Positions 10,883-22,200 of a stretch of DNA of 32,763 bases are shown here, one piece after another. This DNA is from Scenedesmus sp. PABB004 (lineage: Eukaryota). Below the pieces are notes generated by a model. That model ran no database searches and was not told the origin of the DNA. It saw only the letters and a program-made list of their open reading frames with translations. Every line of letters starts with the position of its first letter. Positions within the stretch are counted from its first letter, which is position 1. Location of the stretch: NCBI GenBank assembly GCA_014905635.1, contig JABVCE010000042.1, positions 124,001 to 156,763 on the forward strand. The letters are read 5' to 3'. A program made the translations under genes and the position numbers.

Positions 10883-11907
10883 ATGGCCCGCTCCGGGGCG
10901 CTGCTGCTGGCTCTCGCGCTCGCCGCCGGCCTGCCGCGTCTGAGCTCGGCGCAGCCCCCGGGCTCGCGGCAGCAGCGCTTTGCCGCGGACGGGCTGGGTG
11001 AGGACGGCCTCGGCGAGGACCCTGGCACCTGGAGCACCGCGACCGGCATTCGGGCGTGGGGAACGTGGGCGTACACAACGGAGAAAGCCGAGGCGCTGTC
11101 GGGCGCCGCGATCCGCGGCGTGCGCTACGAAGCCGAAGGCGGTGCGGGCCGCCGCCGGCGCGCCCGCTGCGTGCTGCGTGCTGCGCGCCGCGCGCAGCGC
11201 CCCCGACACCGCCGCCGCCGGCGCCGCCGCCGCGCGCGCAGGGCGCGTGGTCAACGCTGGCATCTACCCCAACAGCCGCTCCGTGTCCACGACCGGCGGC
11301 GCGCGCGCGGTGTCGGGTGCGCGCCACCGCCGGCGCCGCGCCGCAACCCGCGCTCGCCGCGCGCCGTGCTGGCGTGCCGCCGCCGCGCGCCGCGCTGCGC
11401 GCCACCCTCGCCCGCTCGCCGTCAGGCAACTACCCGGGCAAGGCGGTCATGGTCCTGGGGACTCACGTGATCGCGGCGACCGAGCTCGGCGCGCGCGCGG
11501 TCGCGGGCTCGGGCGTCAGCCACACCGCGGCGCCGCGCGCCGCGACGGCGTCAAACCTGCTGCTCGGCCGGCCCGAGACTGTCGTCAACCGCGGCAGCGC
11601 CGCGTTCACGGACACCGCGCCCGGCAGCGCCGCGACGGCGGAGCAGGGCAACGGCGCCGCGGTCGTGGCGTGGGGGCGCGAGGCGGTCGCCGCGTCGCGC
11701 AGCCAGCAGCTCGCGCCGTTCGCGAGCAACGCCGCGCTGCCGGGCGCCAACGGGGCGGACTGGCGCCGCGACGGCGCCGCGCAGTCGGCGCGCGGCGGCG
11801 GCGTGGACCGCCGCGGCGGCGCCGACGGCGACGGCGGAGGCGACAACGGCTGGCGGCGGCGGCGGCGCGCGCGCAGGCTGCTGCGCCTGCGCGGAGACCG
11901 AGCGTGA
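10883..11907 (+). CDS. Secreted hypothetical protein with C-terminal basic RRLL motif
   Basis: Exons 10883-11141, 11242-~11298 (GC donor, exact position uncertain), 11426-11907. Signal peptide MARSGALLLALALAAGLPRLSSAQ, small-residue-rich body, ends WRRRRRARRLLRLRGDRA. Confidence 0.7.
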
Positions 11908-12559
11908 AATCTCTAGAGCGCCCCGCGCGGTGTGCATGTGTGTTGCCTTGGTCAGCAGCCTTTGATTGCGAGGCGCCGGCAGCGGGGCACTGAGCGCTCC
12001 GCACCGCCGGGCCCGCACGCACCTCATTGCAATTGGGAGCCTGTGACATGAACCTGGTGCCTGTGGCATCGCGCAGCAGGCACATGCATGACACGTGTAT
12101 GCGTGTCCAGCACTTGCATCGCTCGGGCGGCTGCGGCCCGGCCGTCTGCGCACTGATCTCATGACCCCGCGTGGCGTGTGTGAGCGCGGCCCCGCGGCAA
12201 CTGGCGGCGGCTCGTGCGGGCGGGCGGCAGAGACATCTCCGGGGGGAGGACTGCGGCTGGGGGCGCAGCAGTGTGAAGCTACATCACGCGCACGCTGCGC
12301 GGCAGGGCCCCCGAGCCGCACGCAGCGTCCGCCGCCGCCCACCCCTCCCATGCGTTCACCGCAGCTCTGCGCGCCCTTCACAGCGCGCTCGCCAGCCACC
12401 CCCTGTCGTCGACAAGCAATGCAGCAGCCCTCCCCCCCTTGGATGATAGATCAAAGCCCCTCATGCAGGCAGCATGCCATGCACCCACCCGTGCGTTTGC
12501 AGGATGCCAGGCCGCCTCACGTCGTTGGAGCCGCCGCCGCCGGTGCCGCCGCCCCGCGC

Positions 12560-13642
12560 TCACGCCGCCACCGCCGCGGCCAGCAGGCCGAGCGCGAGCG
12601 CCGCGCCCGCGCTCCAGCGCGCCGGCGCGGCGGCGTTGCCGGCCGGGGCCGCGGCCGCGGCCTGCTGTGCGGCCAGCCTGCCGGCCTGCGCGCCGCCGAG
12701 GGTCGCACCGGGCAGCGCGGCGGGCGCCACGAAGCTGGCGCTGCCGGCCGTGGGCATGAGGCTGTCGGTGCCGGCGCTGACCACGCCGAGCGCCGAGCCG
12801 GACGTGACCTGCGGGCGCGGCGGCGGCGGCGGCGACCGGTCGCCTCTGCTTCGGCGCCGCGCCGCGCGGCTGCCCACGAGGCCGCGCCCGCCCCGCCCCG
12901 CCCCCTGCGCCTGCGCCACGCGCCCCGCGCGCGTGCGGGCAGGCGCACGTTGAACAGCGCGCTGCAGCTGATCGGCGACTCGAGGCCGCCGCCGTTGGGC
13001 ACGACGCGGCCGCGCAGGGACATGCCCAGCAGTCCCGCCAGGTTGGGGCTCTGCGCCGCGGCGTTGAAAAGCATGAACTCGATGTCGCTGCGCCCCAGCA
13101 CCAGCTTGCCCGCCGCCATGTCTGCGCGCGTGTGGGAAGGGCGGGACAGCGGCGTCGGGCGGCGCGGGTGCCGACCGCGCCGCCGCGCGCGGGTGGACCG
13201 ACTGACTGACTCGCCCGGCTCACCCCTGCTCATCTGGCCGCGGCTGGGCTCGCAGAACGTGCCGTCGACGGCGAGCTTGAGGTCGGGCTGCAGCCCGACG
13301 GCGCAGTTGGCGCCGGTGACCAAACCGAGGCCGCTGATACACTCCTTCAGGCCTGCAAACTGCGCGCAGGCCGGCTCCAGCTGCACGAGGCGCAGCACCG
13401 CCGTGCCTGAGCGCGAGTGGAGGCAGGGCGGGTCAGGGCGGGGCCGGGAGCGGGTCAGGGCGGGGCCGGGAGCGGCGGGAGCGGCGGGCGCTGGGAGCGG
13501 CGGCGCCAGGGCGGGTTGGCAGCAGCGGTTGGCGGGGGTTGGAGCTCCTGCGCCGCCCTCCGCACCCACCTTGCGGGCACTGGGAAGAAACCTCAGCAAC
13601 CAGAGACACCAGCATGATAAGGAGAACGTGGCGGAGCGCCAT
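12560..13642 (-). CDS. Putative GPI-anchored or C-terminally anchored cell-surface protein, unknown function
   Basis: Exons 13642-13570, 13406-13215, 13121-12949, 12808-12560 in phase; intron 2 has a GCGAGT donor. Signal peptide MALRHVLLIMLVSLVAEVSSQ, six Cys, and C-terminal GNAA-spacer-hydrophobic tail WSAGAALALGLLAAAVAA. Confidence 0.75.
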
Positions 13643-14144
13643 TGCGAGGGAGGGGTGGGGCAGATGGCGGGCGCGGCGGCTGCGGCTCGGCTGCTGCCTG
13701 GCGTGGCGTGCCGCGGCTGGCGCGTGAGCGAGGGCGGAGTATGGACGCGATGGCGGGGCCGGCGGGCGGTGGGCGAGCTAAAGTCACCAGGCTTGCGCGT
13801 CCAAGCCCTGGCCCACGACCTCGCCCCGTGCGTCCCGTCCTCCTCCCTCCCTAAACTCTATCAGCTCCCAATCAATTGCTGCCCCCCACGGCCTTGATCA
13901 CTCCCGTGCATGAGCGCTTCGTTCACGGCGGCGAGCGGCGGCGCGCGCGCGCGCGCCGCCGGCAGTTCGTGCGCCGCCGCAAATGGCATCGGCGTTCCCC
14001 ACACCACCCGCCTCCGCATCCGCATCTGCATCTGCATCAGCCCCGTGCGCTGCAGTGCAGTGCCCAACGCCCACCCACAGCAGTCCTGGACACAGGCGCC
14101 CCCAAGCGGCACAAACGTTGAATGGACGGCGGCCGAGGGCCGGC

Positions 14145-17100
14145 TCACGCCGGCTTGTGCTGCGCCGCCGACTTGAACGACCGCGCCCGGTCGGGCGGCA
14201 CGAAGCCCGGCAGCGCCGCCGCGCTGTCCTCACAGCTCCCCGGCGGCGACGCCGGCGCGCTCGCGTGCCCCGCCGCCCCGCCCTGCCGCCGCGTCGCGGC
14301 GGCGGCGGCCGCCGCCGCCGCGGCCGCCGCCGCGACCGCCGCCGTGGCGGCGCCCTGCGCGGCCGCCACGACGCCCGGGTCCGAACTCCGGCAGGCCGCA
14401 CACCCGGCGCCCCCCGCGGCAGTCTCGCCGCTCGGCAGCGTGGCGGAGCGCGCGCCGCCGCCGGTGCGGCGCAGCGCCGCCGCGTGCCGCAGGCTCGCGG
14501 CCGCGCCGTCGTGCGCGCCGCCCGAGCTCCCGCGCGCCGCCGCGCCGCCTTGGTGGTGCAGGAGCGTGTGCGCGGCGGCGAGCACCTCGGCGCGCAGCAG
14601 CACGTGCAGGTGCGGCGGCAGCGCCTCCAGCAGCTGGTCGCGCGCGTTCGTGCCGGCCTGCGTCTGTTCGTTGTCCAGCCAGAGATCGCACTCGTCCAGA
14701 ATCTCAGCCTGCGCGCCGCGGCGCAGCGGGCGGCACGCCGACGGTGGCGGGTGGCGGCGCGCGCGCGGCCGGCCAGCCCGCGGGGGCGGGTGGCGGGCGG
14801 CGGGCGGCGGCCGTGCGTGGCGGCGGCGCCGCCGCACCTGCAGCAGCTCCTCCATCACGTCTTCGAGCGTGATGATGCCCACCGGCACCGCGCCCGGCAT
14901 GCTGCTGTTCCCGAGCAGCGGCGCGCGCGGCGCGCCCGCCGGCGCGGGCGCGGCGGCCGCGGCGGCGCCCGCGGCGTGCGAGGGCTCGTGCGGCGGCGCG
15001 ACGCCGGCGGGGCCGACGAGCGGCTGCGTGGGGCTGACCGTCCCGCTCGTGCCACGGCTGGCCGGCACGGGCCCGGCCGGCGCAGCGCTCGGCGGCTGCT
15101 CCAGCTCGAGTGCCACATAGTCGCCGTTGAGCGGCGCCGTCGCCCCCTCGGGCACGGCGCCGCCGTTGGCGGCGGTGCCGCTGCCGGCCCGGCTGCGCAC
15201 GGCGGAGCCCCAGCTGACGTGCTTGCCCTTTTCCTGCTTGCCCTTCTTGGCCTTGCCCTCGGGGCCGCCGCCGCCGCCGCTGCCGGACTGGGAGTTGCCC
15301 CCCAGCCACGACGGGAACCGCCCGGCCGCGGGCGGCGTGTCGTCGCCGGCGCCGGCGCCGCTGTACTCGTGCCCGCCGCTGCTGCTCAGCCGGCCGCGCG
15401 TGCGGCGCAGCTCCTCGACGTCCGCGCCGGCGGGCGCCATCAGCAGAGCCATGTGGCTGCTGCCCGTCTGCGCGCGCGCGGGCGCAGCGGCGGCGGCGCG
15501 GCCCGCGTTGAGCGGGGCAGGCGGCTGCCGGCCAGCGCCGCGCCGCGAGCGCTGCCCGCGCCGCGCGGGCTGTGCGCCGCCCGGCCCTGCGTCGCGCCTG
15601 GAAGAGGCGCAGCAGATCAAACATCGGAACGTCGGCGGGCACGCGCGGCAGCGGGCGCAGCGCGACGCCGCTCAGCGGCGGCGCGGTGCTGCCGTCGCCC
15701 CAGAACGCGAGCAGCTCCTTCACCAGCAGCAGGCCCCTGAAGTCGGCCGGGTCGGACGCGCTGCGCGGCGCGGGCGGCGCGGCGCTGGCTGAGCCGGCTG
15801 CGGCGCGGGCGCGGGCGCGGGCGCGGCGGCGGCCCCGTCCCCGCCCGCCCGCACCTGAACACCGGCACGCGGCTGTGCCCGCTCTGCAGCACGCGCGCCA
15901 CGGTCGGCGCGTCGAGCCGCGTGTCGTCGGGCAGCATGAACGCCTGGGGGCGCGGCGGTTGGGGGTTTAGGGAGTGCGCCGGGGGCGCGCTTGCGCGGGC
16001 GTTTGCGGGGCCGCGCCGCGCCGCGGCGGCTGGGCGTTTCGCGCGCCCCCGGCAGCCCAGGCGCTGCGGCGGCCCCCGCGGCGGGCCCCCGCCGTGCTGG
16101 CGCCGGCGCCCACGCGGCCGCGCCTTGTCGAGGGGCGTCATCGCGGCGAGGCCGGTCTTGCTGGTGAGGTCCATGGCGCCGTGGATGACGGCGACCTCCT
16201 GCGGCGTCAGGCCGCCGCCCATGCCTGCGGCGCGGCGCGCGGCAGCGTTTCGGCCGCGGCGCGGACTTGACGAGGGGAGGGGCGGCGGCGGCGCCGCGGC
16301 TGCGGCCGCCGCGGCCGTCGTGTGGCCGCGCCCTGCCTGCGGCGCACCCGCGCTTTCGCCGTGCAGCGTGACCATGGCCTTGAGCTCGCGACGCTTCATT
16401 GCCGCGTCCTCGTGCCCCAGCACCCAGTCCAGCAGCTTGCCTGCGCGGCGCGGCGCGGCGCGCAGCGCGCAGCGTGGGCGGCGGCGGCGCGCGCGCGCGG
16501 AGCGGCGGCCGCTGCAGGGCGCGAGCGACGGCGGCGGCGCCGCCACGCTTGCCCACGCCGCGCCGCCCACCCAGGGGCCACGTGACGACCGCGGTGGTCC
16601 ACATCAGCCCCCGCACCATCGGCGCCATCGTGCTGCCGATGGCCACGCCGTGCCTGGCGGCGGCGGCGGCGGCCGTGGCGGCACGTGACGGGCGCCGCGC
16701 CGACCGCGCCGCTCACGAGCGCGCGCGCGGCGGCGCCGCGCCCCCGCGCCCCTGCCTCTCCCGCCTGTCCACACCTGGAGCAGACGGCCTGGGGTATGAT
16801 CTCTCCAAAGAGCAGTATGGCCGTCACACTGAGCATGATGGCTGCGAGCGGGTTGAGCAGTCGGTCCAGGAAGAGCGGCAGCGCCTCCATGCACGCCGCG
16901 TTGCAGAGCAGCAGCGTGCAGAGCAGCCAGTGCGGGCGCGCGACGAGGCCGATGAGGCGCCCCGCCGCGGCGCGCTGCCGCGGCGTGCCCGCCGCGCGCA
17001 GGACCTGCGGCGGCGCGGCGGGCCGCCGCCGGGCGCGCGGTGCGGCCGGGGCGTGGGCGCGTGCCGCCGCGCAAGCACAGCGCAGCGCCTGCACCACACC

Positions 17101-17280
17101 GCGCACACGGCGCGCAGCAGCGCGGCGCACCTCGAGGTCCATCACGTCCAGGGAGAGCAGGCCGAGCGTGAGGCCCGACATCAGCCCCGCGCCGATGACC
17201 AGGCCCACCACGATCAGCGAGTACATGACCAGATGACCGGTGCTCAGGGCCGAGTGGCCCGGCTCGCCCGTCATCTGCAT
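14145..17280 (-). CDS. CNNM/DUF21 + CBS-pair metal (Mg2+) transporter family protein (MAM3-like)
   Basis: Nine in-phase exons: 17280-17131, 17004-16775, 16653-16571, 16440-16348, 16224-16124, 15943-15855, 15760-15598, 15467-14838, 14708-14145. Motifs AGLMSGLTLGLLSLD, HWLLCTLLLCNAACMEALP, FGEIIPQA, GHSRVPVF, SHMALL, GIITLEDVMEELLQAEILDE. Confidence 0.95.
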
Positions 17281-17905
17281 CGCGCCCCGCTCGCCGCGCC
17301 GCGGCGGCTCGCGCTCGCGCCGGCGGCTGACTTTGCGGCTCGCGCCGGCGGCGCGCTGCTGCGCCCGAGGTGCAGGGCAGCGGCTGGAGCTGCTCCTTCT
17401 CGACCGGCCGCCCGGCCCGCTGCGCGGCGCGGCGCGCTAGGGCCGGCGCCGCGCGCTGCTGGAGCAGCGGCGTGCCGCGTCGGCGCAGGCGCCGCTGGCT
17501 GCCGATGCGCGGCGGAGCGCCCCTGAGCGCAGGGTTGACGGCTGGGCGGCGCAGGAGCCGCGTGCGCGGGGCGGCGCGGGAAAACGACGGCCTCCGGAAC
17601 GTGCTGCTGTTCGCGCTGCACGTGCGGTCGCTCTGCGCGCGTCGCGGTCGGACCCTGCCGCGCTTCGGCTGCCAGCTCGCGCGGGGCCCTCGCAGATGCT
17701 GGGCGCCGCCGCGGCGGCGCAGCCGCGCACAACCGCTGTGCGAGCTGCCGGGCGCGGCCGTAACTTGCGGCGCGAAACTCGCGCCGGCGGACCGCCAGGC
17801 GTTTGCATCAGGCCTACCCTGCCAATTGGCTACAGGACCACCGCCGCTGCAGCTCGCGCCGCGGGCCCGAGCCGCGCGCGACGTGCACGTGCGCCGCCGC
17901 TTCTC

Positions 17906-18765
17906 TCACGGGTACCGCTTCTTGCCGGTCTCCTGGAACTCGCGGACCTTGTCGTAGATGTCGCTCGTCTTGGAGGTGTCGACGTACTTGATGCGCACGG
18001 GCCCCTCCTCCTCGGCCTTGCCAGAACCGAGCTGCTGGTTGTGTACCAACTCCAGGCCGCGCCCTCTGCGCCCGCCCGCCGGCGGCGGCGGCGTGTGAGG
18101 CGGCGCGCGGCTGCGGCCGGCCAGCGCGCCGCGCGCGCAAACCACGCGCACGCTATGCACCTGGCCTCCTTCTTGGCCGCCTTCTCCTCGCGCCGCTGCT
18201 GCTTGCTCGTCTGCTGCGCGCCCGCCGGCTGCCTGCCCGCCTTCTTGGCGCCGCCCCGCCGCGCGCCACCCGGCCGCACCGACGCCGGCAGCGCCGAGAG
18301 GTTGAACGCCGGCGCGCCGACCCCGCCGCCGGCTGCCGGCTGGCCGCCCGCGGCGCCCCGCGCGGCGCCGGGGAAGCGGAAGCCGCTGCGCTGCCCGCCG
18401 GCGCCGCCCTTGGCGCCGCTGCCCCTCTTGCCGCCCACCTGCGCGCGGGGTCGGGGGTCGTCGGCGAGCGGCGCCACGCGGGCGGGGCCGGCGCTGCCGC
18501 CTGCGCAGCGGGCCCGCGCGCCGCGCGCCGCGCTGGCGCCGCGCACCGCGCGCTGCTCGTCTCGCCGCTTGCGCCACCACATCCATCCCAGCACGCCCGC
18601 CGCCGCTGTGAGGACCGCCAGCGCGGAGGCCTGGCCGCCGCTGCGCGCGGTGGTCACGCCCGCGCGGCGCGGCCGGCCGCTGCGGCGGCGGCGCGGGCGG
18701 CGCTGAGCGGCGGCACGCGTCGGCGTGCGGCGCGGGGCGGCCCACCTGCTGCTGCTGCTGGGCAT
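17906..18765 (-). CDS. Hypothetical single-pass membrane protein (~196 aa), basic cytosolic tail
   Basis: Exons 18765-18746, 18679-18547, 18438-18161, 18065-17906 all in phase (GT-AG). TM ALAVLTAAAGVLGWMWW followed by RKRR; coding-like end VRIKYVDTSKTSDIYDKVREFQETGKKRYP. Confidence 0.7.
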
Positions 18766-19243
18766 GGCGGCGCGGACGCCCTTCTCAACCCTGCGCCTGC
18801 CCGCCGCGAGCGGGGGTCTCTGATGGGCGCGCTGAAGGGGCGGCAGCAGCGAAAGCAGCAGACGGCGGGCCCGGCAGCGTGCAGGGGGGCGGCGCGCGCG
18901 GCAATCGCGGGCGATGGGTGAGCGAAGGGGGTGTGTGGGCGGCCGGCGTGGGCGCCTCTGGACTTGAGCAGCGGCCGGCCGCGGCGGCGCTCGCCGAAAA
19001 GCGCCTGTGTTATGCCGCCTGAGCCCGCCGGGCGGCTTCTGGCCTCGTAGGCACTCCACGCAGCTCAGAGCCGCTGCTGCCGAAGCGGCAGACCGTGCTG
19101 CGGCGACCCCGGCGGTGGTCAACACGGGCGAGCGCGGGCAGCGCCGGCCGCGCGCCGACGGCGGCCCGATGAGCCTGGCCACGCGGCTCCCAGCACTGCA
19201 GCTCGTGCAGGGCCACGGGCGCTGAGCGGCACGCGGCGCGGCG

Positions 19244-22200
19244 ATGGCGGCCGCCGATGCGGAGCCCAGCCTGCTGGCGGGCCTGAGGGGGCGGCTGGAG
19301 GCGAGGGGCGCGCCGCGCCGCGACGCGCCGCTGCTGCCGGCATCCGCCGCTGACGGGGCGGAGCTGCGCGGCGGCTCCGACGATGAAGCGGCCGGCGAGC
19401 AGCAGCATCAGCAGCAGCAGCAGGCGCTGGGTGCGCGCGTGCGCTCGCGCAGGCCGCGCGCGCGGCGGCGCGCCGGCGTCGGCCCGCGCGAGAGCCCACT
19501 CGCCCCGCGCCCTCCGCCCTCGCGCAGACCTCGCTGCGCAGCAGCCGGCGGGCGACCTGGCGCTGCTGGATCTGGTCTCGTTCGACCGCTGCCAGGAGGT
19601 GCGGCGCGCGGCGGCGCGCGCCCGGCGCAGCGCGCGCGGCGGCACGGCCGACGCCCGCCGCTGCCCGCACGCGCGCGCCGCAGCGCGTGCGCGTGCCGCA
19701 CGCGGCCGAGGCGGCCGTGCTGGCGCGGTTTGCGACGGGCCGCCTGGGCCTGCCGCTGCCGTCCGAGGCGCGGCGGCTCGCGGACGCGAGCCGGCGGGTG
19801 CCGGAGGAGGCGCTGGGGCTTTACGTGCCGCCGCACCCGCGCGCCAGCACTGCCTCGCTCTACAAGCTCGAGCAGCGCCTCGCGCGCGGCCGCCCGCTCG
19901 ACGTGCGGCGCCTGGTGCGGCAGCTGCAGCAGCAGTTCCCCGAGGCGGAGCAGCCAGGTGCGCGGCACGCGGCGGGCGCGCACAGGCCACGCCAATCGGT
20001 TGCCGAGCTGCTGCCGCCACCGCCGCCGCCGCCGCCGCGGCCGCCGCGGGCGCCGCGGCCGCAGTGACCGCCGCGCCGGGCGCCGCGTCGGCGCTGGGCG
20101 CGGGCGGGCTCTGGCTGGACGAGCACGGCCTGATGCGGTACGAGCCCTGCCCCAGCAAGGTGCGGCCGCCGCAGCGCTGCGCCGCCACGCTGCGCCGCGC
20201 CGCCACGCTGCGCCGCGACGCCACGCCGCGGTGCCGGCAGACGGCCACCCCCTCCCTCGCCCGCCCGCGCAGGCCGCCAAGCAGCGCCCCTGGCGGCGGT
20301 ACGACCAGGACGCGGAGGCGACCGCGACGTCGTGGCTGCCCGCGGTGCTCACGCCGCTGTCGCTGCTCGACAGCCGGGCCTGCGTGTACCGCCTGGACGT
20401 GGAGCTGGGGCGCCTCGAGTGGGAGGTCCACCCGGACATGGGCCTGGAGCACACCCTCGCCGCCAAGCTGCTGTGCGCGTTCCGGGAGCACCACCGCCGC
20501 GCGGCGCTCGGGCTGGCCGCGTTTTACGCGACCAAGCTCGCCGCGCTGGAGGACGGGCTGCTCGCCGCGCGCGAGGCGCTCTTTGCCGCGCAGGAGGGCG
20601 GCGGCGGTGGCGGGAGCCCTGCGCCCGCCGCCAGCGACGAGGACGCCGCGGGCGACAAGGTAGGGGCGCGGTGGGCGGCGCGGGCGGACGCCGCGGTTCT
20701 CGGGCGGCCGCCCACCCGGGCGCCGCCGCGGTCCGTGGCGCAGGTGGCCGCCGCGCTAGAGGCAGTGCGCAGCGCGGAGCGCGAGGTCGCGGAGCTGCGG
20801 CAGCTGAAGGAGGAGGAGGAGGGCGGCCAGCTGGCAGCGGTGGAGGGCATGGCCCGGCTCTGGGCGCAGCTGCAGGACGTGCGGCGGCGCCAGGGCGGCG
20901 TTCGGCTCACCGACCTCGCGTTCAGCGTGGTGCAGCTGCCGTCGACCGAGGCGGACGAGGTCCCGCCGCAGGCGGTGAGTCGCGCGGCGCGGTCACGCGC
21001 TGCCTCGGCCAGGCCGCGCGGTGGCCGACGCGCGGCGGCCGCCCCTGACGCCGCCCGGCTCCGCCGCCGCCGCCGCCGCCAGGACGGGCTCACGCGGCAG
21101 CAGCTGGACGTCGCGCTGCTGGTCGCCGAGGCGGAGGCCATCGCGGGCCTGCCGCCGCACCGGCCGCCTTCCCGCTCAGCGCGGCGGACGCCGAGCTCAC
21201 CGGCTTTGCGCTGCGCCGCGTGGAGAGCATGGCCGCCAGCCACGCGCTGCTGCGCGGCGAGCTGGCGCAGCGCCTGGCGCTGCTGCAGGTGGGCACGCGG
21301 GCGGGCGGTGGGCACGCGCGCGACAAAACACTGCGCCGCAGCAGGGCTTGAGCACGCACGCGCCCGTCTGTGCTGCCTGGCGCCGCCCGCAGGACCGCAT
21401 CTCGGCCGATCCGGACGACCCAGAGATCCGGGCCCTGGCGGCGCAGCTGGCGGAGCTGGGCCCCGCGCCGCGCCGGCTGCCGCTGAGCCACCAGCAGGAG
21501 ATGGCGGCCTGGGCCGCGGCGGAGGAGGCGGTCGCGGCGGGCCGCGTCGGCGTGAGCCGCCCGCCGCGGCTGCAGCCCTGCCTGAGCGTGCTGCCGCCGC
21601 CGGCCGCCGCGGGTCCGCGCGCGGCGGCGCGGCTCGCCGGCGGCGGCGGCGGCGGCAGCTCGCCGGGCACCGGCTGCCGGCCGCGCTCGCCGGTCAGGCA
21701 GCAGCCTGGCGCTGGCGCCGGCGACAGCGTGGCGGGGCTGGGCGCAGGGCAGCCGCTGCGGGCGCGCAGCTGCGTCCCCCAGGCGGGCGCGGCGTCGCGG
21801 CAGGCCAGCTTGTACTACGCGCGCCTGCTGGTCAACGGCCGGGTCGTGGGCACGAGCGAGGCCGTGGCGCTGCGGGACGACTTCACGCTGGAGCTGCGGG
21901 ACGTCTTCAGGTGCGGGCGCGCCGGAGGGCCGCCCGCCGCCCGCCGCCCGCCGCGCCCGCGCCCGCGCCCGACCTCGTGCCGGCCGCACCCGCGCAGCAT
22001 ACGGCTGCTCAAGTGGCCCGGTAGCATGGCGCTGCAGCTTTGGGAGCGCTGCACGCTGCGCGACGCGCTCGTGGCGGAGGTCTTCCTGCGCGTGCCCGGC
22101 CTCGGCGGCAGCCCGCACATCGACCCCCAGGCCCTGCCCTACTCCTGGACCAGCGCGAGCGCCGTGCCGCACCAGCGCCTGCTCGCGGCCGCGGCGGCGC

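Noticed and set aside
11908..12559. Lower-GC stretch with GCATGC motifs and short palindromes
   Set aside because: Consistent with convergent 3' UTRs; no long stem or coding signal.
13927..14040. (CG)n-centred palindrome and (GCATCT)n run
   Set aside because: Simple-sequence self-complementarity expected at this composition.
16775..16870. Patch of lower-GC codons in CNNM exon 2
   Set aside because: Short, in frame and encoding conserved residues; too little evidence for foreign origin or conversion.
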